Below are positions 51,827 to 62,370 of a DNA stretch of 64,000 bases, one piece after another (position 1 is the first letter of the stretch; each line of letters begins with the position of its first letter). The DNA is taken from the NCBI GenBank assembly GCA_964188305.1, contig OZ076885.1. The stretch is one strand, 5' to 3'. This stretch comes from Podarcis bocagei (Eukaryota). Made by a program: the position numbers and the translations under genes. The notes under the pieces were generated by a model that was not told the origin of the DNA, did not search any database, and saw only the letters and a list, made by a program, of their open reading frames with translations.

Positions 51827-51963
51827 TATAGAATCATAGAGCTTGAAGGGACCATGAGGGTCATCTAGTCCAACCCCCTGCAATGCAGGAGACTTTTGCT
51901 CAAGGTGGGGCTTGAACCTACAACCCTGAAATTAAGAGTTTCATGCTCTGCCAACTGAGCTAT
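51827..51963 (-). mobile_element. tRNA-Lys(CTT)-derived SINE with CR1 tail
   Basis: Reverse complement TAGCTCAGTTGGCAGAGCATGAAACTCTTAATTTCAGGGTTGTAGGTTCAAGCCCCACCTTGAGC, then CCTGCATTGCAGGGGGTTGGACTAGATGACCCTC..CTCTATGATTCTAT. Confidence 0.85.
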
Positions 51964-52381
51964 GTCTTAATATTTATTGCAAAACTGGTAGAAACAGGAT
52001 CTATAAATTGCAAGGTTCAGACACAACCCCCACCACACCCCATTCTACAGGTGTGTGTGTTTAAAAATAAATAGGTATATAGGGTTTTTTTAAAAAGAAG
52101 CTTTCCCCACAAATTGTGAAAACCCTGCAGAAGACAGCGCTGAAATGCAAGAAGCCTGGATTGGGTGTGTCTTGCTGGGCATAATTCCTTGCTTGCAGCT
52201 GTTTGTTCTAGTCTGTAGTTGCATTGTGTTTCCCCATTTTCTGTTAGTGAAGGATGGTGAATTTGAGAAACGGGGGGTTCTAAAGAGACAGAAATCATTT
52301 TACACGTCAAGCCAGTTATTCCCTTCATAGATGCAAACTTTAACAAATTCTTTAAGATTTCCTTTCCTTTCCTTTTTTTAG

Positions 52382-53219
52382 GTCATTGGGGACGATGTAT
52401 AGGTGATTGTGGTTCGGGCGGTGTTCAGAGCCGAGTAGTCTGGTGTGTTCATTCTGAAGGGTGGACAACCCATCATTCAAATTGTGAACAAAGTGACAGA
52501 CCTGAAAGCCAGAGGAGCTGTTTTAAAATATGTGACTGGCATCTTGAACTCTTTGAGTGGGAAGTTTCAGAATGGCACCTGTGTGTTCTTGTTCCTTTTG
52601 CCCTTGGTGAAGTCAGACCAAGAACTTCAGCATGTGTAACAGCCCAGCATGGATTACAACACAGAAAGGTACAATGTATACAGAAGTTGAACAGAACAGT
52701 AGTTGCGAATGAGATATGTGAATATTTTACCCCTCAGCCACCTATGGAACAAGCTTGCCTAATACCTTGCCCACGGGATTGTGTAGTGTCTGAGTTTTCC
52801 TCCTGGTCTATATGTGGCAGACACTGTGGAAAGAGTTTACAACACAGGACCCGTTCTGTTATTGCGCCGCCACTCTATGGCGGAGCCAAATGCCCAAATC
52901 TAACTGAATCGAGGGTTTGCGATGTTTGGATGTCTTGTCCTCATGGTGAAGAGGAATATACGTACAGTCTTAAAGTTGGACCCTGGAGTAAGTGTCGGAT
53001 GCCTCATCTTAAGGAAATGAATATGATTGGGAGAACTATGCTGGATTTTGGTTCCGAATCAACAGAACGAAGCACCTTCAAACTTCAAGTGGTGGAGAAT
53101 TTTCAGAATTTTCATAGATCTAGGTCACACTACAGTTCCAAGCCTTGGGATATAGAAATTGGTTACCAAACAAGGCAGGTGAGATGTACGAGAAGCGATG
53201 GGAAGAATGCTATGCTGAG
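52382..53219 (+). CDS. THSD7B: THSD7B internal coding exon (equivalent to human exon 3), thrombospondin type-1 repeats
   Basis: Polypyrimidine tract plus AG at 52380-52381, donor AG|GTAAGA at 53220. Open frame (G)HWGRCIGDCGSGGVQSRVVWCVHSEGWTTHHSNC...CVTAQHGLQHRKVQCIQKLNRTVVANEICEYF...QACLIPCPRDCVVSEFSSW...IEIGYQTRQVRCTRSDGKNAML matches recalled human THSD7B and lacks the long basic coiled-coil insert of THSD7A. The ORF-track entry 52687..53223 is only the 3' part (TTG start, runs into the intron). Confidence 0.96.
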
Positions 53220-55641
53220 GTAAGAGATCAGCTTCATTCCTAAGAGATGTATGCTTTAAAGACTACTAAAAATATCTACTTCTCTAGTTTTGAATGTGCA
53301 TTTTGCCATGTACAGTGTTTTGGTTTCATTTACATGTAGTCTCATTTAGCACTAAAGTTTCATATGTTGAAGAGACACTTTTGGTAGTGGTGTATGCATA
53401 TAAACTACAATTTAAATGAGGTTTTGTTTTGATGATTTTCAACAGCATTCAAGTTTTCTTCCATCAAAGGGAGCGGATAGTTGTTTGTTTCCAGAGCTTC
53501 CATGACTATTGAGAGCCAGTGCAGACATATGTAAGTCATCCAAAGCCTGGAAGAAACACCTTTGTGGATGAAATAATTGCAGCCCAGCATAGGAGCCAAC
53601 TCCTAGAGGCTGAGGGGTCTTCACCACCTCCAATAAAATATTTGAGAGGGCCTGCCATTCATATGGTGTGCATACATCACGTCATGTGATCGACTGTACA
53701 GGGCAGGGCTTATCTACCCCCCCCCCCATATTTCATTCAAGTTGGCACATCTTAAACTTTGTTAATGGCTCTCACTTTCAGTGACAATTCACAGGCTCAG
53801 AATAGCTGGAACACATGCTGTTGTACTCATACATACCGCTGGGAATAAACTGCTGCATTCAGAGATGTGCTGTGTTCAGCACTCTTCCTTTCATGCAACT
53901 GAATCTCTGGTCAGGCCAATCCATGAGAATAATTTGTAGTTTGCTGAGCTAGCAACAATATTATTCTTGTTCATTACTGTACTTCCATTATACAGGCCAC
54001 ATTAATCCTTCTATCATGGTGAGTGAGGTGGAGCAACACTGCAGAGTATGCCTCAACAGGAAATCCTGAGGAAGAAAAAACTGTTCTTCTGGAACAGTTA
54101 AATGTAAAATATATTAGCACTGATATTTGGCTTAAGTTGGTGATATGAAAAACATTAAATGTTTTTGAAGTAATTGTGCTCATAAGTTTCTCAGGCTGTT
54201 CCCAGTGTTTTCTCAGAATCTGTAGTTCTCAATGGGTTGGTCATTGCATGTGAGGTGCATGTATTTTATTAATGTTGCTGAACATCATGTACAACCACTG
54301 AAATAGCCTTTTAAGGACCTGCTGTTTATTATGCTATGTCTTTTAAAGGGGTGTTGGTTAGGCGAAAAGTTGATCTTTTTTATTGGTTAGAGAAAGAATA
54401 CTTGGGTTCAAAGATATAGCTTGTCTTAATCTTTTTTGCACCAGCTGCACCAAGAGTTTCGGTAGTTGGCTTCAATAGATACCAGTTAAACTTGCAACAT
54501 GGTTCACAGATGGAAAAGAAAACTGTTAAAATAGCTTCACCAGTTTACATTTTTTTAAAATTGGCAGCACCATTTTCCTTTACCACATTGGGAATAGGAA
54601 TGTGGAAAGTTGTTTCTGTGGATGAGATATGGATGGTAGTAGTGTCATTTTTCTACTGGGGATTGGCATTCCCAGTGCAGTCCCTGGTGGAAAAAGACAC
54701 TCCACTTGGGTTCTGTCCATGCCCATCCCTGATTCTGCCTCCTTTGCGTGATCCAGGGTCAGTTACCAGGCCTTGAAGCAATGGAATGGGAGGTAGCAGC
54801 AGTGGTGAGATTTGCTATACTGAGCTCAGCTGGGACCTGTCCATCCCATTTGCCTTGATACTAAGCTGCAAGCACTCAAACAGGGGCAATCACTTTTGTG
54901 GTCACCTCTGTTGGCATGTTCATGCCACCTAGTAATAGCGCCCCTCCTAATAATGTATCCAAATAAAATACCTGAAAGATCCTATTCAGATATTCACATG
55001 GACCAAATATCAATTAAATTAGTTTTGCATCTGCAAAGCAGAAACAACCCTTTAGTACCTTTGCAATTTTATGCTACATTTAGTGTAATTAACCTCACAT
55101 TATGGGTAATTAAACACTGTGATCCTGTTTTAAAAATGTAGCGTCGTGAGACATTATGAAGAAAGGGGGCGTTTCAGCTTATCTTTCATTTCATGAAATT
55201 TATGATTTAGATATTTATTTACTTGGGGAATAAACACATTAATGGAGGTGTCTTCTATATGGCATTTGCATGCAGCTTTTGCCTAGGTTGTTTAAAGTTT
55301 GCAAGCAGTGCCTTGGCTTTGCCATGCAAACAGTTGCAAGTAGCATCCCTGAAGTTGAGAGTGGAAGGGGAATGCTAGCACCCTTACAAGCTAGATGTGG
55401 ACTTACATAATTTTAAATAAACATGAATTTTAACCAGCCATGGAGTTGTTGCTTTTGCCATGGCCCTGGAATTTCTTGGGTTTCTCTTTTCCCAATGGAG
55501 GCTTGGTAAAATGTAATTTGCAGATCTGGCTATTACGGAATGCTCATAGTCTTCCTGCTTCTGTTTAATCACAGACCAGGTATAAGAGAGTATGCTTCAG
55601 GGTTGTTGTGGTATTGTTAACAAAATACTTTCTTATCACAG
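53220..55641 (+). other. THSD7B: THSD7B GT-AG intron (2422 nt, phase 2)
   Basis: Canonical splice sites; splicing keeps the reading frame (NAML-S-LCVQ). Confidence 0.93.
53587..53753. mobile_element. Decayed hAT-like MITE
   Basis: CATAGGAGCCAACT ... AGTTGGCACATCTT imperfect inverted ends. Confidence 0.45.
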
Positions 55642-55893
55642 CCTTTGTGTGCAAGAAACCATCCCTTTGACCTTTCAGTCCTGTGTTATGCCTAAAGACT
55701 GTGAAACATCAGATTGGTCTTCATGGAGCTCCTGTTCAAAGACTTGTCACTCAGGGGATCTCTCACCAGGATACCGAATTAGAACTCGGAGTATAAAGCA
55801 TGTTGCTGTAGGAGCCGGCCGAGAATGTCCTGAAACAGAAGAAAGGGAAGCCTGCAATGTTGGAGGAGGTGATCGTGCTCATCCATGTCCAAG
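55642..55893 (+). CDS. THSD7B: THSD7B internal coding exon (equivalent to human exon 4), one TSR
   Basis: Acceptor TTCTTATCACAG at 55641, donor AG|GTAGAT at 55894. Phase-2 join AG+C gives Ser and continues LCVQETIPLTFQSCVMPKDCETSDWSSWSSCSKTCHSG...ECPETEEREACNVGGGDRAHPCP, with WxxWxxC and CxxTC TSR motifs. Confidence 0.96.
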
Positions 55894-55899
55894 GTAGAT

Positions 55900-55900
<1 letters not shown>

Positions 55901-55962
<62 letters not shown>

Positions 55963-56050
55963 TATTTATACCCCAGCCATCTGGCTGGGTTTCCCCAGAC
56001 ACTCTGGGCAGCTTCCAACGAAATATTAAAATACAGTGGTCTGTTAAACA
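55901..56050 (-). mobile_element. L2 LINE 3' tail with expanded (AAT)n (about 20 units)
   Basis: TTTATACCCCAGCCATCTGGCTGGGTTTCCCCAGACACTCTGGGCAGCTTCCAAC is the reverse complement of the tail at 37714-37770. Confidence 0.88.
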
Positions 56051-59000
56051 TCCTTGCCTTCCTTTTTCCTTTATTCAAAGAGAGTCTGAACCTCAAATAC
56101 ATTGGATGGTTTAGTAATTTTTGTTCATCTGGTATCACTTGCTTGGTCTGTGGCCCAGTGGGGGTATGCCTCAGTGCAGATTTGTCTGTACATCTGTGTG
56201 TATGTCTGTACATGTGCATGCATGTGTACTCTCTCTGACTCCCTCTGTGGCATCTTTTAAAGAGAACCCCATTTTTACTCTCTCCATTCCCTCTGTCAGC
56301 ACCGAAAGCAAGAGTGACTTGAAATACAGCCACATAAATTGCTTGTCTTAGACCGTCTTAGATGGTCCTGGGTGGGACTGCCAGCCCACAGAACTAAATC
56401 ATCAGGTGTATGACAGGTCAAGGTGGGTTTTGGATGAAAGATGCTTTGCTGATTGGTCAGCTGATTGGCGGTGCCTGCAAAGCGTCTTGCACAGTGCTTG
56501 CCAATAACCAACTATTAGTTGCTTGTCAATGCTAGGAGAGCACTGAGCAAGCTGTTCAGGCAAAAACAGGTCACCTGACATCATTGCTCCTGTGTTATAG
56601 GGACAGGAAGTCAACAGCTTTTGGTAAGCTGCTCTCTGCTGTCTGCCTCTTTTATTCCTATTCCTGTTCCCAGCCAGCATCAGTCGTGACAGCCCTATTG
56701 GTGATACAGAAGGTGGGCAGAAGGGACAGAGGCATCAAAGGGGAGGTTGTGGCCATGTAAAACCCAGCTCCAGATCTGCAGGGTACCTGGTGGGAAGTTG
56801 ACCAGTAACTTAATTTTCCATGCGTACAGGAAGGTGTGTGCAGTCTTGACTTACTGCATTGCCTTCTTGTTATGACGAACTATGGTTTGTTGCTATGTCT
56901 GAAAGTGTCCCCAGGGAAATGTGAAGTTTGTCAAGATGAAAAGTTTCACATTAGGATTTGAATGTAATTGAAGGTTTGTGTAGTAGGCTAGAAATCTAAC
57001 TACTCATTTGCAGAAAGTGGGAGAACAGAAAGGGGTATTTAATTGAAACCTGCTATGCAGTTTGACAAGATTAACCAACCAACCAACCAAACAAACAAAC
57101 AAACAGCAATCACATATAGCGGCTGGTCATGTAGCAGGGTGGTTCAGCTGCACTATTTTCAGACAGTAATGTTAGATTTATGGGTTTGGAAGCCATGCAG
57201 ATTCATGTTTACAGAATGGAAGCTGCTACAGCAGCATGCTGGGCATCTATGCTTTGCAAAGGTGTATAAGGAAGACAATGTGGTCATTTTCTGAGCCACC
57301 CAGCCAAGTGCAGAGAGGAGCATGCTCAAAATGATTTCTATACTTCCACCCCCACCTCACCCCACCCTGCAGTTTCTAATATGCACAACTGTGCATATAC
57401 TGTACTGTATGCAGGCAAGGGGTTGGATCCTTTGCAGACAAGTTTGTAGCTGATAGTCATAGAAGTGACTTCTGCTCTTATCATAATTAGTGGTTGCCAT
57501 ATTTCAAAAACTGAAATTTTGGACACATTAAGTTTCGTTTTGGTTTTCTTTGGACAAAGTTGTTGGGCTTTTCTTAGTTTTGCAAGACATCTGGATTTTC
57601 CTAAACATTTCGGCAGTTTCCGCCCAGACATTGTTTCACACTGCCCTGTTCTGGCTATGTATGGCTTACCCTATCATAGATATATTTCCTTAGGATTGGT
57701 CATATCATTGTTGAGCTTGGTGCTCATATTTAGTTCATTTCTTTAATATCTATCTGGTGATTTAGCTTCAAGAGTCTTCATTCTATCATAATGGTAGAAG
57801 TTTTTCTTGAGTGGTTGTAGTTTCAAGTGCCTTTTTAAAGTTTCATATACTTAGATTATTGTTGTATTGAAAAGAGCCCTGAATTTCGCTATCTGCTCCT
57901 GGCTCTTCTGAAGCAGGTGGTGTAATACTTACGAAATCTTTCTGAGGGGGGGGAAACAGTGCAGAGGTCGTGAGTGTGGTGTGCACTATACAATTGTGTT
58001 ACTTTAAAATCAGCAACCTGCTCATCATCCATGTATGTCTTGCTATCAGTAGAAGAGAGAGGGCACTTACATTTGTTGCTTGATTAGATCTTGGGGGGGG
58101 GGGGAGAGCTCTTGTATGCTGATTTTTACTTTTCCATACCCAATTCATGTCAATCAGTAAGACAAAAGGGTAGATTGCATGACTGATTTTGTTCTCTGTG
58201 CACAATGCGTTGTTACGCATGACAGTCATGTGACTGAAATATACCAGCTGCCAGCTAAGGAGTGAGGAAAGAGATTTGTATCTGCAGCATCTTCCTACAA
58301 TTTTTATCAGTAGCAGGAGACATAAAATATGAGGCATGAACAATGGTCCAAGTATTTTGTTGTGTCTGATGTGTTGTATGGGTGGCCACTTGCACATCAC
58401 CCCAAAGATGAAACGCATCACTAAAAAAGAAGGGTACAGATTTGCATAAACGTGCGTATGTGTAGATGCCACTTTATAAATAATTATGATAAATAGAAAT
58501 GCACTGGAGTAAGCAAGACTGTGGTTAGGTGCCAAGTCTGCTGTTCAAGTGCTAACCAGCTCTCCCTTCTTATGCTACTTAGTCTTTAAAAAGAACCCAG
58601 TCAGATGAGCAGAGAATAATCATGATCATCATCAGACTTGGGCCAGACAGCACTTCAGCTAGAGGATGACTTCAGAAGACTATCCTCTGTATGACACAGA
58701 ACCACTCTATATGACATTCCAACCTCATAGCTATGTTTTTTTTCCTGGCATTTCTTTCCTTTCCGGTTGAGGGGCATGGAGAGATTGAAACAGATCTACA
58801 TCAATATTCCACACCTGTGGGCTAACTAGAAAGTGCTTCTCTGCTTACTTTTGTCATATACACACTGGTCCCGCTATCCACCCACTTGTTATGTGAAAAT
58901 TCAGTTAACCAAACATAAAGAATCATGCCCAGACTTCCTTCCTTGTTTGTGCTTTGCTGGTCAGCACCAGCAGTGCTATTTTTCTAAAAAAAATAGGTGT

Positions 59001-60698
59001 CACAACTCACCATGAATGCTTCCACTGCTCTCTTTTAATGGCAATGGCGCCTGCCTGAGTTTCAGCACATTGCAGGAGAGGGAGGGCTTTGCATCCAGCA
59101 AATCTGAAGCCTCCATGGATCCACTTTGAGACAGGTCCCTAGAACACCTCCCTTTTACTGTCTCCTTCATCAGAGCACTGGCAGTGGAGGAGAGGAAACA
59201 CCTGCAGATGTTTCCACAGCTGAAAAGAGGATGCTTCTGTGGGCATACCTTCTTCTTCACCCACAAAGTTCACTCTCCATACTCTTAAGGCCCCTTGAGA
59301 TGTTCTCCCATGGCCTATAGGATTTCAGCCTAAACTTTGTTGTACCATTTTAATGTTTTTCTCTTTCTGGTTTAGAAATGTGCCACACAGCCCTGATTCT
59401 GCTGTCCGTCTGTGCTTTAGCAATGCTAAACATTTTCAGTGGTGTTCACATCTGCAGTGATTCTTTGCTTATTTGCCTAAACACTAATTTAAATCAACAC
59501 ACATCTACTTAAAGCAAGAGTTGTTAGTGACTAAATGAGAGTGTGTACCTGCCCTTAAGCATTTGGTGTTATAAATCGGTTTCCATTTAGCCCTGAGAAA
59601 TGTGACATTAATGTGATGGGAAACAAAACACAGTACTTTGCCTTGTTGCTGTTCAGCTAACTACTTCAGAATTGAAATTGTCTGTATGGAAGAAAAGATA
59701 AGCCACATTAAGGAAGGGTGGTTTTTTTTAAAGTTACACCTACGAAAAGTTACACCTCCTATTCTGATTTTATGCATTGTGGGAGGACAATGTCATATTT
59801 GTCATGTAAGAAGGCTGTCTTGCAGAGATTCTGTTCCTTTGTTTGTTCTTTTCTTTTTCCTAATAATAAATTTTGTTTGTCCTCCCAACTGCACACAAAA
59901 CAGTGTGTATTTAAATGAGAGAATGACAGTTCATCTAAAAAGTACTGTGAATTAGAAGTAATCAGTATTTTTGTAAGCATCTCCATGCAGAACAGAATTC
60001 TAAAGACCTTTCAAAATAGACACTGATAGTTTGGATAATTTAAGCTGATGCTGAGAAGTGTAAGCATCAACTTCATTTTCCATTATTATTTTTTTGTAAA
60101 TAATTTGAGTCTGGAATAATTGGTTGGAATATTTTACTTTATGAAAGACAGTCTGAAACACTGGTGCTCATGATAATTAATCAATAGTAGCACCAATGGT
60201 GTGCAACAGATTGAGCCAGATCCCAAACCGATTCTGGTTGACCTGGAATTTACCTGGATTCGGTTGAAGGAATCCCAGATCACCCTGGGCCGAACTGAGT
60301 CCACCTAGTATTACCCAGGGCTGTTAAAAGGGTGTCTGTACATTTTACACACATATATTTATGTAGCCTGAGATTTATGTTATATTTTATTACACTATTA
60401 TTGCTTAAATCTCAGGCTAAGTTTGCATTGTTTTCTTCAGCTTTTAATGGTAATTTCACTCCTTTTTAATTGCTGTGTACCTTATTACTCCCTGCCTCTT
60501 TAGCCCATTTATTGATGATATATTATAGTGTTTTAAATTGACTTTGTCAAGTGCCATAAAGGCCACCGTAGTTAAATTATGGAATACAAATATTTTGAAG
60601 AAGCAAAATGAAACCAATGGCAGCACTAGTAGTTTCCTGTTTATTGGGATATGAAGAAAGTGTGTGGAATTGAGTTGGTGCTTTTGGTTGCCTGTTGG

Positions 60699-61142
60699 TG
60701 GTAAGGGAACACCTAGCTATTTTAAATGAATTCAGATCTCCAGGGCCAGATGAGCTGCACCCAGGGGTACTAAAGAAGCTTGCAGGTGTAATCTCAGAGC
60801 CTATAATCTTTGAGAATTTTTGGAGAACAGGTGAGGTCCCTGAGGACTGAAAGTGGGCAAACAAAGAAGATCTAGGTAACTACTGACCAGTGAGTTTGAT
60901 TGACCAGTGAACATTGATACCAGGAAAGATCCTAGAACAGATAATTAAACAGTTGATCAGTGAGCACATAAAAAAGGCTGCTGTGATTATTAAGACCCAT
61001 CATGGGTTTCTCAAAAATAAGTCATGCCAGACAAATCTCATTTCTTTTTTTGATAGTGTTACAAGCTTAGTGGATCCAGGGGAATGCTGTGGACGTAGTG
61101 TCTCTTGATTTCAAGGCTTTTGACAAAGTCCCCCATGTTATT
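60699..61142 (+). mobile_element. CR1 LINE ORF2 reverse-transcriptase fragment, disrupted
   Basis: VREHLAILNEFRSPGPDELHPGVLKKLA..IPGKILEQII..HHGFLKNKSCQTNLISFFD..KAFDKVPH, with stops and frameshifts. Confidence 0.92.
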
Positions 61143-61843
61143 CATGTTAAGTATAATTGTTTAATTCACACTGAAATGGAGCATGCCTGAATGTGTATCC
61201 TAATATCATGAAACTGTTTTGGGTGGTACTGAAGACTGTGGAGAGAGAACGAATGGACAAATATTGTCCCTCATCTACCACTGGATCAAAAGCCCCTGTC
61301 TTGAGCACAAAGGCACCAGCTGGATTCTATTCAGTCCTTTAAAGTGTTTTCATCAGGCTTCATAGTTATTTTTAAAAAGAAAGAAAAATGTATAGCTTTT
61401 TCTTATTTACAGATAAACTATAAGTATTGTGGGAATTTTATTCCCTTAGCAATTTTTCTGGCAGTTGCGTTTTGATTTGGGGAGTACCGAGACGTGCAGA
61501 GGAATCCAAAGCAAGTCCTTTTGTGTTTGATGGGATTTATTCCCAACAAGTGTCTTTACGATTGCAGCCTCAATAATTTGTTAGCCACTTATAACAAACA
61601 CGTTTTTACATGAATTAATGTTTGTGATTTTCTGCAAGATATTCATGGAGAACATCTGAATGGAAAGGATGTGACGTCACTCTCCTCCTAGAACAGCAGG
61701 ACCCCCGACACCATAAGCACTCAGCCCTTTGTGGAGGCGGGGTACAGGTCCGGGAAGTATACTGTGCCCAGATCACACTGGAGGAAACACACAAGTTAAA
61801 GGAAGGTATGCTAGAAATTACTTGTATTACCTATAAATAAATA

Positions 61844-62012
61844 CCGTATTTTTCGCTCTATAACACGCACCCGACCATAACACGCACGTAGTTTTTAGAG
61901 GAGGAAAATCCGTAGGCATGCCACCTGTAGGCATTCCCTCCATAACACGCACAGACATTTTCCCTTACTTTTTAGGAGGAAAAAAGTGAGTGTTATGGTG
62001 CAAAAAATACGG
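61844..62012. mobile_element. Tc1/mariner (Tc2-type) MITE
   Basis: TA|CCGTATTTTT ... AAAAATACGG|TA; internal repeated ATAACACGCAC motif. Confidence 0.88.
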
Positions 62013-62142
62013 TAATTGGTATGAAATGATGAAAAGAAGGTTGAGGTTGTACTGCAGTGAAATGCTGGATATAGGGTTCCAGATTCTATAATTAGAAGTG
62101 TAGAGCCTTGGAGGTAGCATTATTTGCTTGCACATTTTATGC

Positions 62143-62272
62143 CAGGGGTTTCCAAGGTGGTGCACATGGGCACACATGCGCCTGTAGGAGCTGCCCATGG
62201 TGCCAAGGGGGTGTCCTCCCCTTTCTGAAATTAGGCTTGAAAGAGGCATTCTCTTATTGCCAATAGAATTGG

Positions 62273-62308
<36 letters not shown>

Positions 62309-62370
62309 TGCTTGCAACTATTTTCTGTTTTGCAAATGTGCTCATGGACCAAACAGGTTGACAACCCCTG
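62143..62370. mobile_element. hAT (Charlie-like) MITE containing a (TG)n tract
   Basis: CAGGGGTTTCCAA ... TTGACAACCCCTG; TSD TTTTATGC vs ATCTATGC. Confidence 0.7.

Noticed and set aside
51895-51963. Apparent tRNA-Lys(CTT) gene
   Set aside because: No intact acceptor stem or oligo-T terminator; continues into the CR1 tail.
1-52381. Upstream signal-peptide exon of THSD7B
   Set aside because: No hydrophobic leader ending in ..WK(T/P)G with a phase-1 donor was found; it probably lies outside the window. Small exons could be missed by eye.
52382-55893. THSD7A assignment
   Set aside because: Lacks the long Lys/Arg-rich insert; motifs TAQHGLQHR, LNRTVVANEIC and TRSDG.NAML match THSD7B.
56445-56475. 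Tandem CCAAT boxes (CTGATTGG twice) as a promoter
   Set aside because: No CpG island or initiator context; resembles interspersed-repeat interior.
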